NCBI RefSeq assembly: GCF_006345805.1
Contig: NC_042998.1
Coordinates: 27,280,001 to 27,344,000, forward strand
Direction of reading: 5' to 3'
DNA from: Octopus sinensis
Taxonomy: Eukaryota
Length of the DNA: 64,000 nt
Shown here: one piece after another, positions 50,793 through 62,038 of the stretch
Numbering within the stretch: the first letter of the stretch is position 1
How the letters are laid out: each line of letters starts with the position of its first letter
Program-made: the position numbers and the translations under genes
The notes under the pieces: generated by a model
Databases searched by the model: none
What the model saw: only the letters and a program-made list of their open reading frames with translations
Told to the model about the DNA's origin: nothing

Positions 50793-53700
50793 ATTTCCCA
50801 GTTTTATTTAAGAGAGGCAAAAATAAAAATCTCAAGTTCTCATCAAATATTTCAGTGTTTCTATTTAAATTTCCGTTTTGCTGGGGAACATATATAAAAT
50901 TGGAATTATTTTCATTATCTAATGTCTATAAAAGCAAAAGACTAGTTTTTTTCTTCTTTTTTTTTTTTGCATGCATTTAGGCAAGTAATAAGCTGTATGT
51001 AGTACAATGAATGACATAATGTAATCGTCTGCAGTTTATTGAAATAACTTTTAATCAGATCATGACTGATATATGAAATCACTTTTCATGCATGTAAAGC
51101 CAGTGATTACAAGCATGTGCGCGTGCGTGTGTGAATTTACCAAATTTTATTTTTATATACTTGGGAAAAACCACAATACTTATTTGAATTTTAACCGTTT
51201 AGCATTACAATTACTGTCATGATGCTTATTCAGTCAAATTGGTTGAATCCTGCAGTATGTTGCTGCTTTGACATTTCAATGTTGTGCATGCATGTTTTTA
51301 GAAATGAAATTGAAGGATAGGTGTGAGAGGCCGGATCTGGTCGTTGGAACACAAAACAGGTGGAATATTCGAGCCAGATATTATAGCTGGTTTAAATACT
51401 AAGGCGTTAAGTTTTAATTTTCGTTTATATCTTCACATTTTTTAATGCAAATTTTAGATAATCTTGATACTCTATTTATTAAAAGAACACAAACACTGTT
51501 AAACAGATCAGATACAAGGTATTTCATCATCATTTAACACCTGCTTTCCATGCTGGCATGGGTTGGATGGTTTGACAGGAACTGATAAGCTGAGAGCTGC
51601 ACCAAGCGCCATTGTCTGTTTTGGGATGGTTTCCATGGTTGGATGCCCTTCCTAATGCCAACCACTTTTCAGTGTGTACTGGGTGCTTTTTTTTTTTACC
51701 ATTTCATTAACCATTTTTGATAGGGTGCTACTACAACAGGTGCTGCACCAACAGGCTGAAACCAGTGTAAGAATTTCTTCTTCAGAGAAATATAAATTTG
51801 TGGTAAAAGGTGAACTGTGGTAAGATGCTTGCTTGCCAACAACATGGTTCTGGTTTCAGTCCCACTGTGTGGCACCTTGGGCAAGCGTCTTCTATAGCCT
51901 CAGGCTGACCAAAGTCTTGTGAGTGGATTTGGTAGACAGAAACTGAAAGTTACAGTTATAGAGAATAAGTCCTGGGATCGATTTATTCGATTAAAGGTGG
52001 TGCTCCAGCATGGTTGCAGTCAAATGACTGAAATAAGCAAAAGAGTGTATTTTGGAAGGCCATGCATTCATGGGTAGGGAATTATATTGAACAAAACAAT
52101 ACGAAAAATATAAACTGGAACAGAAATTGTTTTCATTTGGTGACCTAGAAATGTTACAGGTTCAATTTAATTGCTCATTAGGGTTTAGTTCCACTACATG
52201 GTACCTTGGGTGTGTATCTGCTGCTATAGCCTTGGGCTGACCAAAGTCTTGTGAGTGGATTTGGTAGACAGAAACTGAAAGAAGTTCATTGCATATATAT
52301 ATATATATGTATATATGTATATGTTTGTGTGTTTCCATTCCTGTGACTTAGCAGTTTGATAAATGAGTGATAAAATACGTACCAGGCTTTAAAAAAAAAA
52401 CAAAAGTACCGGAGTTGATTCGGTCAACTAAAAAATTCAAGGCTGTGCTCCAGCATGGCTACAATCTAAAGACTGAAACGAGTATGTCAGTAAAAGCTGT
52501 ATAAGCCAAAAGTAATTAAATAAGCTATAAAATGTTAAAATTAATTGACCTGTGACTGGGAAAAAAAAAGCCATTTCTGTTCTATGTAAAATTTTAAAAT
52601 TGAGGTAGATTCTGCAGAGTGGAATTTATGACGAAAGAATGAAAAAAAAAAAGAGAAAGAGAGAGAGAGGAAAAACAGGCATAGGAGTGGCTGTGTGGCA
52701 CCTTGGGCAAGTGTCTTCTACTATAGCCTCGGGCCGACCAAAGCCTTGTGAGTGGATTTGGTAGATGGAAACTGGAAGAAGCCCGTCGTATATATGTATA
52801 CATATGTATATATATGTATATGTGTGTGTGTATATGTTTGTGTGTCTGTATTTGTCCCCCCCCCACCCAGCATTGCTTGACAACCGATGCTGGTGTGTTT
52901 AGGTCCCTGTAAATTAGCGGTTCGACAATAGAGACCGATAGCATAAGTACTAGGCTTCCAAAGAATAAGTCCTGGGGGTCGATTTGCTCGACTAAAGACA
53001 GTGCTCCAGCATGGCCGCAGTCAAATGACCGAAACTTCTGAATCTATAAATTTGTTTAGGTGTATGACGAACAGCAGTAAGACTCCGTTAATGATAGAAA
53101 TTAGACGACTATATTACATGCATATATAAGCTAATTATAAGTAAATTAAGAATTTTGAAGACATTAGGTGCTGCTTATAACAACGGGATCTTGTCAGTTT
53201 GAGCTTCTTTTAATTATAGATTTTAAGAGATAAATGAAGTACTAAGTGTTTGCTGTTAACAAAAAAAAGATACCAAAGACTAAAATAAGTAGTACAAGTT
53301 AGGTTGAAGCCGTCTTAACACCTACTTTTTTTTCATTTATAATATAAACAAACTTAATCTTCTTTCTCTTTTTTTAATCACATTATTTTAAACCTGATTG
53401 TTTCCTTTTATTATATATTCTTGTAAGAATATATTAGTACATGTGACCTTTACCTATTTATTGTTACAGATTCAGTCTTTCACTTTGAATCTTTTCACCA
53501 TACTCCATTAATGAAAACAAAAGAAAAACAAAAAAAAAAAATCTATAGCAAGCACTATTGGATAAAAAAGTAACTTCAAAAAGAACCTTATTAGATTAAT
53601 CTGAGGAACAGAACTAAGATATTTAAGGACTAGTCTTCCTAACAATAACTGGCTTTGATCTATAGAAAATGAACTGGTATTATTAGTGATATTGTTCATA

Positions 53701-53797
53701 TTTAAGAGCTGGTATATTTCTGATCAATTTGAAACAATTGAAGCTTACAGTGTACAACCAATTAATTATAAATATATTGTAGTTATATTATTTAGAT

Positions 53798-54067
53798 CAG
53801 TGGTTTTCACTCATTTTTTGCTTACGGACTCCTTTGATTCCCATATAACTCCCTACTGGATCCCTATAGCCATTTGGTGTTTAAATGCATTGAATTGTTT
53901 TTTCTAATTATTAGGAATCGTATGAAAAACCCGTTAAGATATTTTGTGTATTGTAGAAGTCATAACCAATTTTTTGCAGATAAGTTTTAACAGCAAAATC
54001 TTATATGGATTCCCAGAGGGTCATGTGGACCCTAAAGAGTCATATGTACCCTGGTTGGGAACCACTG
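53798..54067. mobile_element. hAT-like MITE
   Basis: Termini cagtggtt / aaccactg; perfect 8-bp TSD atttagat (53790-53797 and 54068-54075). A related partial copy lies at ~63388-63605. Confidence 0.85.
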
Positions 54068-54990
54068 ATTTAGATGATCTAAATATTGCCAATAAATGCT
54101 GTCGTGATCGGATTTGTTTATCTGGAGCTAAGAGGATGTGATCTGGAATGGATCAAGGTTGGAATAATACAACAAAAGAACAAAAATCAAATGATCTGTT
54201 GGATCATGGAATATTGATTAAATTCATTTTAACTAATGAGCTGATTGTAAATACTTTCATTGATTTTATTAGACATAATGTTAATCCACTTATTGTCACT
54301 GTTGTGTAGTGATATCCTGCTCATGGTCTTTCCTTATGCAATTATTAATTATGGACAAGGCTCTTTTTTTTTTATCATCTTCGCACGTAAAAAGTACCAT
54401 CCAAATGTGGCATTAGGAAGGGCATCCAGCTGTAGAAACACTGCCAGATCAGACTGGAGCCTGGTGCAGCCTCCTAGCTTCCCAGGCCCCAGTCGAACTG
54501 TCCAACCCATGCTAGCATGGAAAATGGACGTTAAATGATGATGATGATGACTCTAATGGTCACCTCATCAAGCTGTTGTAGTTATTCAGCTACAAATCAA
54601 CTCAGATTGAGCAGATTTATAATCAAGGTACTCTTCATTGCCCTCCCGTCTTTTCCATGTGTACCTGGAATCCCGGACCACCTTATCCAATGAAGCTTTT
54701 CTTAAGATTACACGTATGATTTGATGGAGATTTGGCTGCTATATCTAGCAGCTTGAGTGATTGCTGGTTTGATCTTATCAAGTTCTTCTACAAGGTAGCC
54801 ATGGCCAATCGGCTTACTACCACATGCTATCATTTTATTGACACCTGGGTATTGTTGAGTCTGTGATCAATCAGTTGGAAAGAGTAGATCAAAGAATGAA
54901 ACTAAAGTATTCAAAAAGCAGAAGAAATTAGTTCCTTAATCATAAAAGAATTATGGAATTAGTGTAGATTATGATTTGAAAGAAATAAGC

Positions 54991-55669
54991 TTAACCCTTT
55001 TAACATTTAAACCAGCAACATCAAGGTCCAAATATTCTATCTGTTTCATGTTTAAACCTGCCAAATCCAGCTGTCTACATTTACCTCTACAATATCATTG
55101 TAAAATTAAACTGTCACATCATTGAAATCTGGAAGCTCTGTGATGATGCATAATTAATTCAAAATGATTTGAATAAATAAGCATTATATTTGGCAGTAAT
55201 TTGAACACTGAAGGGTTAACCCTTTTGATACCAACCCGGCTGAAACCGCCTCTGGCTCTGTAGTACAAATGTCTTGTTTTCAGAAGTATCAAATTAAAAT
55301 CTTCCACCAAACCTTAGTCACAATTTGTGTTCCTAACACTAGCTTAATGATAACTAAGTTATTTTACTAGATTCTTTGTTATATTCAAAATCAATTTAAC
55401 CCTTTTGTTACTGTATTTATTTTGAGATGCTCTGTGTTTCTTTCAATTACTTTAAATATAACAAAGAATTTAGTAAGATATCTTTATTACCATTAAGCTA
55501 GTGTTAGAAACATAAATTGTGACTAAGGTTTGGTGAAAGATTTTAATTCCAAACTTATGAAAACAAGACATTTGTACTCACAGCCAGAGCTGGTTTCAGC
55601 CGAGTTAGTAACGAAAGGGTTAAAGAAACACAGAACATCTCAAAATAAATACAGTAACGAAAGGGTTAA
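54991..55669. mobile_element. Chain of three TTAA-targeting MITEs: E (54991-55219), D (55216-55669) and a second D (55396-55623, opposite strand) nested in the first
   Basis: Shared TTAA at 55216-55219; inner element bounded by TTAA at 55396-55399 and 55620-55623; the outer D resumes as agaaacacagaacatctc...aagggttaa. Confidence 0.8.
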
Positions 55670-55913
55670 ATACTCCTTTACTTGAAAGTTATGAATAATT
55701 GCAGATCTGGAATTTCAAAATGGTATATATAGTACATGTAACACAAAGCAGATACAATTTAATTAATTGTTGTAGGACAATATCACTTACCCGAGAATGT
55801 GATATCGCATGCTATTGACAACTAGTAAAAGTTTTATATGTTGAGTTTTTGAAATATTTCACACACACATGCACACTATTTTCAATCTGTTCAATTTTTC
55901 TATTTTTGTTTAG

Positions 55914-56144
55914 ACATAAAGCCATTGGGTACCGAGGTAAAAATAGTCAGTTTTTCTGTTTACTGTCGATATCGAGCAGTATCAAGAAGGTGCGAAAATG
56001 TGAAGGAGAAGTTCTTCAAAAATGTCTTTGTTGCCGCTTGTGGTGGCATTATGATGAAAACTCGGAATGGACGTATTATGTTTTGTCGAGAAACTTTCAA
56101 TGATCCGGATCTCGCTAATTTGGACATCTGCCGGGATTACTTAG
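55914..56144 (+). CDS. ARID5B: ARID5B-like internal exon (end of BAH-like region), phase 1 to 1, 231 nt
   Basis: Acceptor tttttgtttag|AC, donor TTAG|gtaaga. Translation (D)IKPLGTEVKIVSFSVYCRYRAVSRRCENVKEKFFKNVFVAACGGIMMKTRNGRIMFCRETFNDPDLANLDICRDYL resembles human ARID5B VIVLSYPQYCRYRSMLKR...ALGGI...RNPQILYCRDTFDHP (recalled). In frame with the previous exon. Confidence 0.93.
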
Positions 56145-56481
56145 GTAAGATATGTTCTCTACTTTTAAATTCTGAATCATTCTGTTTAATTTGATTTGAT
56201 TTTAATTTGCAATAAATTGCTTGTATGTGTATAAATATATATGTATGTATTTGTGTGTCTGTTTGTACCCCCAACATTGCTTGACAACCGATGCTGGTGT
56301 GCTTATGTTCCCATAACTTAGCGGTTTGGCAAAAGAGACAAATAGAATAAGTACTAGGCTTACAAAGAATAAGTCCTGGGGGAGTTTGATTAGCTCGACT
56401 AAAGGCGGTGCTCCAGCATGGCCGCAGTCAAATGACTGAAACAAGTAAAAGAGTAGAGTGTATATATATACACACACACAC

Positions 56482-56512
<31 letters not shown>

Positions 56513-57270
56513 TATATACACACACACACACATATATAACATACAAAACTATGCAGTTATGTCACTTTGTTTTATGTACTTGTGGTTTGTTTACTTCAAT
56601 TTTTTATAACTAATTGAATTACATTTACATAACCTATCTGATGATCAAGCTTCTAGATTGAATACTTTAATCTTATTATTTTCAAAGAAATTTCAATATT
56701 GCAGTCTTTGTTGAAGTTGATAAAATTAACACCATTGTCTTCTTCCTTCACTTAAGTTCATTTCAAACATTAACATTTTGCTTGCTTAGTCATTGTTCCT
56801 ATTGTTGAGGAGTCAAAGGCCTTGAAAAGGTCACTTTATCTAATTTTTTCATATGTACAAAATCAATGGAGAATTTTTAATTTTTTTTTTTTATTAATAC
56901 TCATATCTATTTCTAATGTTTGCTTTTTGGGTTAAAGATTTTGAGTTAATTTTCTCCTGAATAGAGAAAAAAGAAACAAAAATACAAGGCTAGTTATGTT
57001 TTCAAAAAGGTGTTTGGATGTAAATTTTTTTTTTTTTATGTATTAGAACAAATTTATAAAATTTTCTTTCGATTTTCAATATTTATAAAATTATCTTTTC
57101 TAAGAGAGGAAATTTTTCACTTAAATATTCATTATTTTCAATTATCTTTCATTATTTCTGACATCACAATAAAGCTAACATCTATAGGAAGTTTCTCAAT
57201 CAATTCCTGCCTAACTTTAAGACAACATGAAGAGTAAACTAAGTCATGAGTCCAAAATGCTATAATTTCT

Positions 57271-57500
57271 TATTTCTTTATTACCCACAAGGGGCTAAAC
57301 ATAGAGGGGACAAACAAGGACATACAAACGGATTAAGTCGATTATATCGACCCCAGTGTGTAACTGGTACTTAATTTATCGACCCCGAAAGAATGAAAGG
57401 CAAAGTCGACCCTGGCGGAATTTGAACTCAGAACGTAACGGCAGAGTTCAAATACCGCTAAGCATTTCGCCCGGCGTGCTAACGTTTCTGCCAGCTCGCC
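57271..57500 (-). mobile_element. SINE family C (near full length) with ~16-bp TSD
   Basis: Reverse complement of the 45073/47178 copies; flanks aaatgctataatttct / aaaggctataatttct. Confidence 0.85.
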
Positions 57501-57801
57501 AAAAGGCTATAATTTCTCTTTGGTTCACTGCCTTCACTTTGGTTAATAGTGGTTTCAAATTTTGGCACAGGGCCAGCGGTTTTGGAGGGGTAGTGTCGAT
57601 TACATGGACCCCAGTGTTTAACTGGTACTTTATTTTATCGACTCAGAATGGCTGAAAGGTTAAGTCATTGCCGGTGGCATTTGAACTCAGAATGTTAAAG
57701 TCAGATGAAATACCACTAAAAGCGTTTTTGCCAGCTCGTACCTTCATTTGGGTTCATAATGAGAGTTATGATTATATAATTGCAATTATTTTCCTTCTAA
57801 T

Positions 57802-57853
<52 letters not shown>

Positions 57854-57855
<2 letters not shown>

Positions 57856-58242
57856 TGTAAGAGTGGCTGTTTGGTAAGTAGCTTGCTTACAAACTACATG
57901 GTTCCGGGTTCAGTCCCACTGCGTGGCACCTTGGGCAAGTGTCTTCTACTATAGGCTTGGGCCGACCAAGGCTTTGTGAGTGGATTTCGTAGAGGGAAAC
58001 TGGAAAAAGCCCATCGTATATATGTATATAGATGTATATGTTTGTGTTTGTCCCCCCCAACATTGCTTGACAACTGATGCTGGTGTGTTTATGTCCCCCG
58101 TAACTTAGCAGTTTGGCAAAAAGAGACCGATAGAATAAGTACTATTCTTACAAAGAATAAGTCCTGGGGCCGATTTGCCCGACTAAAGGCTGTGCTCCAG
58201 CATGGCCACTGTCAAATGACTAAAACAAGTAAAAGAGTAAAA
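57854..58242 (+). mobile_element. SINE family A (full length) adjacent to (TA)n
   Basis: ggtgtaagagtggctgtttggtaag head, ggttcagtccc, tail aaacaagtaaaagagtaaaa. Confidence 0.85.
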
Positions 58243-58666
58243 AAAATATATATATTATGCTTAGTCCACATTATTCTGTTAGGAGCATAGGACCAGTTTC
58301 CTGGTGTCTCTAATGTATTTATTCCTTCCTGGATAGGAAGCCAGTCTCTCACAAGATTACTCCCTTTTTTGCCAGATGAGTGCACTTAAGCAACATGAAA
58401 TGATGTGTTTTGCTTAAGAACAGAATTCATAACCTGATCCAGGAATCAAAGCCACATTCTTATGATCAAGGGTTCAACATCCTAACCGCTAAGCCATATG
58501 TATGATGTGTATTCAAACATCCCATTTTAGAAATAAGATTAGAAGTATCAACAAAGGATATTATAACATGTTGTGTAATGTTGGACAAGTAGTGAATTAT
58601 CATGCATCTTTTTTTGGGTATTTTTATTTTTCTTAATAATTTTTTCATTTTTAAAAAATTTTCCAG

Positions 58667-58800
58667 CACCTAATTTGAAAGGAAGGCCAAGAAAGAAAAA
58701 AAAACTGAAGAAAGGAGCATCCTTATCATCAGACAGCAATGAAGATTCGCCTGGAGAAACCATGCTGGTGCGACACAAAGCAAATGGCAACAAACTGAGG
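58667..58800 (+). CDS. ARID5B: ARID5B-like internal exon (AT-hook-like/NLS basic motif), phase 1 to 0, 134 nt
   Basis: Acceptor ttttccag|CA, donor AGG|gtattt. Translation (A)PNLKGRPRKKKKLKKGASLSSDSNEDSPGETMLVRHKANGNKLR; APNLKGRPRKKK is identical to human ARID5B as recalled. Not in the ORF track. The donor position is less certain (see findings). Confidence 0.9.
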
Positions 58801-58879
58801 GTATTTTGATTTATACGATAGAAATGTTTGATTTATGCAGGTTTTCCCCTCTTCTTTATTTTCCTATCATTGGTAGGAG

Positions 58880-59365
58880 CCCATAAAAGGGAAAGCAAGT
58901 TGTCCCCTTCTGTCTGTAGACTGGAGTAACACTTTGGAAAAATGCTGGCAACTCCTTACATACCCAGGCCAGGGATATGGTGAAGACATCGGCAGTAAGA
59001 TGTTGGATAGCCTACTAGGTGGAGGAATCCTAGATCAATGGTTTAAAGGTTATTATGACCAAGAGGAAGATCTGTGCTGTCAGACAATGGTTGGGCGTCG
59101 ACTAGCAAGTGAGCTGCTACTGTGGGGCAGCTGCATTGTCGACCTTGCTCGTTGTACTCTTGTACACTGCTTGATACTTGGCATGGAGGCCTGGAGAGGC
59201 AGTCTGGTTGCAGAATGATGCCAACTGCCATACTCACTGTCCAAGGCATATTGTTCAGAGAAATGCAAAGCCCTGTGGCAATAGAGTGAATATAACGGTT
59301 GTACGTGTAAATAACTGGAAGCTGCTAACAAGAGCTCTGCACACAGGTGGCTCATTTCCAATAAA
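58880..59365 (+). pseudogene. Decayed non-LTR (RTE-like) reverse-transcriptase ORF2 fragment
   Basis: GC-richer island; + strand frames give VEES*INGLKVIMTKRKI (cf. RTE EESEKVGLKLNIQKTKI), LILGMEAW (cf. LLYGCETW) and WQ...N...RWL, in the correct order but with stops and frameshifts. Matched by eye only. Confidence 0.4.
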
Positions 59366-60601
59366 ATAAGAATGAATCATAAAAATGAAGCGCTGCTATC
59401 ACATAATCCTTTTTTTTTGTCATTTTACTGAGGTAAAATTTTGTCCTGCAGTTATTCATGATCCAGTTGTCTGCTAAACAACTGTGATAATATAAATTTA
59501 AATTTTTAATGAGTTTACAAAATTTAAAAGTAAGACTTTATTCAAATGTTTATTTACTTTACGGAGAGAATTTTTTTTTAAATTTGTAAAAATTTTAACC
59601 ATAAAAACTAATGATTTCATTGAATAATTTTATGGTCTGTATTGTAGCTTTTGTTATAATCACCTTTAAATTTAAATTTGTCAGCAAAATAGTCAATTTT
59701 TCAATTGATAAATGGTTTTATATTTAAAAGTAATTAAACATGAATCCTTATTAGCCACTACAGTAATCTTAGAAACCTATTTTTCAGTATAAAATAAATA
59801 CTACAAAAGTATGTTCTATTTTATTTACCCATTATATTATTAACTACCATAAGAATCTCTGATAAAGTAGGTTATTCATTATCTTTCTAGAAAAAATTTT
59901 TTTTCTTCCATAAAAAAAAAAAAACATTTCCTCTTTTCTGATTACACAAAAATAAAAAAAAAAAAAACAAACAAACATCTTATCAGTGTGACTATTCACT
60001 GACAATATTATCAAAACTAAAGTTCCCTTCTTATCATGGGAATATTGATGTTACCAAAAGAATAGTTATTTGTTATTATTTTGTTCTAATATTATAACAA
60101 GATATTGTTGTATTCAGGCTATACATTACCATTACATACACGTTCAGATAATTTTAATGCTTAAAGCATACGTTCAGACATAAGCTTTTTCGGTTAGAAG
60201 CTTGTTCTTTCAAATCCTATTGTCTGTCCCTTCTCTTCCCTTCTTGATGGAAAGAGATTTAGTACAGCAAATTACTAGCTGACATTTTCATTAATATTTG
60301 TGCCACAACAAAACACAAAATGTTTAACAGCTTTCACCAGTGGCAAAAGTGTTCAAATCACATTTGCATATTGAAATGCATGAGAATTGACAGTATCAAA
60401 TGATCGTTGCCTAAGGGATGTAAAAATAATTACTCCTTCCACCTTCCTTAAAACATTAGGATATTTTTTTTTTTTAAGATGACAGCAAGGTATTGTAGGG
60501 GAATCAGATTAAAAATCTCATGTTATTTAAACTAATATTTTTTAAGACCATATAGAATTATTATAGGTTTATTATTTTAATCTGATACATATTTATTTCA
60601 G

Positions 60602-60746
60602 GAACCTAGACATGAACAACTTAATGGATATAATAAGCATGACTCAATCCTTACGAATGAGAAGTTATTCCTGGAATCTCTCCACAATTTCATGAGAAAA
60701 AGGACCACTCCCATTGAACGGATTCCATCATTGGGCTTTAAAATGA
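60602..60746 (+). CDS. ARID5B: ARID5B-like internal exon, start of ARID DNA-binding domain, phase 0 to 1, 145 nt
   Basis: Acceptor atttatttcag|GAA, donor ATGA|gttagt. Translation EPRHEQLNGYNKHDSILTNEKLFLESLHNFMRKRTTPIERIPSLGFKM matches ARID5-type EQAFLVALYKYMKERKTPIERIPYLGFKQ. Not in the ORF track. The next ARID exon was not found before base 64000. Confidence 0.93.
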
Positions 60747-61477
60747 GTTAGTATTATGTTCTCTATACTATATTAAGATCAAATAATCTCATAAATGTGC
60801 ATTTCAATAAAATAATATTTAAAATGCAGGGATTCCCCTCATGTTACAGAATCTCTGGTTACTATTACGCTTGCAAAAGGGATTGTTTTAATTTTTTTTT
60901 TCACTTTCCCCTGTGAAGAAATTGGTGGGAAATGGCACTTGCATTGCAGAACATCCTTGTTGTGATAAAATTTTTAAGGTACAACTTTTCCACAATGCTG
61001 GTGGAATTCTATGCGGTTAAGATGTTCACTTTGCAATGACAAGAATTCAAGTTCAGGCCCACCCTTTCTGGCGGCACCTTGGGCAAGTGTCTGCTACTAT
61101 AGCCCTGGCCTAATGAAAGACCTGTAGGTGGATTTACCAGATAAAAACTGAAAGAAACCTGTTGTGTGTGTAAGAGTTCCTGGATCCTTGTTTTGGCATT
61201 TTGTATTAAGAAGCACCACTTACACAAGTAATGGTATTCGTTTGCAATCTTTTATGGAAATATCGGGCCATTTGGTGCTGTCTGTGTTTGAAGGATTTGG
61301 GGAAATATTACCTTGCTTGGGAACAGGTGATTGTTAGCAGAAACAACACCTGGCTGACAAATTTTGTCTTGCACATGCAGGTACAGAAAAGCAGATGCTA
61401 AAATGATTATATATATATATATATATATACACATATATATTTTTAATAATAAAAATAATAATACTGAAATTATTGTA

Positions 61478-61541
61478 TACAGTGCTCAGGTGCACCACAA
61501 CTTGTCAAAAGTGCATATAAAGTATATGCAGTAATGTACAA
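61478..61541 (+). repeat. 64-bp dispersed direct repeat, second copy at 63215-63278
   Basis: tacagtgctcaggtgcaccacaacttgtcaaaagtgcrtataaagyatatgcagtaatgtacaa, two mismatches between copies. Confidence 0.85.
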
Positions 61542-61822
61542 TAATATATTATTAATTCAAGGAAATTAATATCAAAACTCCTCATAAAGATATACCTGTG
61601 TGAAAATAATTGTATTAAAAAAATATATATCTTTATGAGGAGTTTTAATATTAATTTCCTTATATTGATAATAATATATTATTAAAAAATATATATGTAT
61701 ATATCGCTCGTATTAAATATATAAATACTTCAATAGTATTAATACTTTGATACAATTGAGCACTCAATATAAATTCAGTATATAATATTCTCATTGAATA
61801 TATTTAACCAAATATTTATATA

Positions 61823-61884
<62 letters not shown>

Positions 61885-61885
<1 letters not shown>

Positions 61886-62001
61886 GGGAGAGTTTACGAA
61901 AAAAACAAAAGACGGAGACAGGTGGTGTACAAAATAGACTTAATGCTCAGGAATAGAAAAAGTCTTTTACGTTTCGAGCCTATGCTCTTCTACAGAAAGG
62001 G

Positions 62002-62005
<4 letters not shown>
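61885..62005 (-). mobile_element. Short element inserted in (TA)n, carrying a minimal hammerhead-like motif (Penelope-like remnant)
   Basis: (TA)n on both sides; the minus strand reads CTGTAGA-A-GAGC-ATAG-GCTC-GAA-ACGT-A at 61995-61968. Confidence 0.45.

Positions 62006-62038
<33 letters not shown>

Noticed and set aside
59080-59361. Minus-strand reading QASMPSI resembling RTE RAGMPSI
   Set aside because: Single short match; the + strand shows three ordered RT-like motifs, so the + orientation was preferred.
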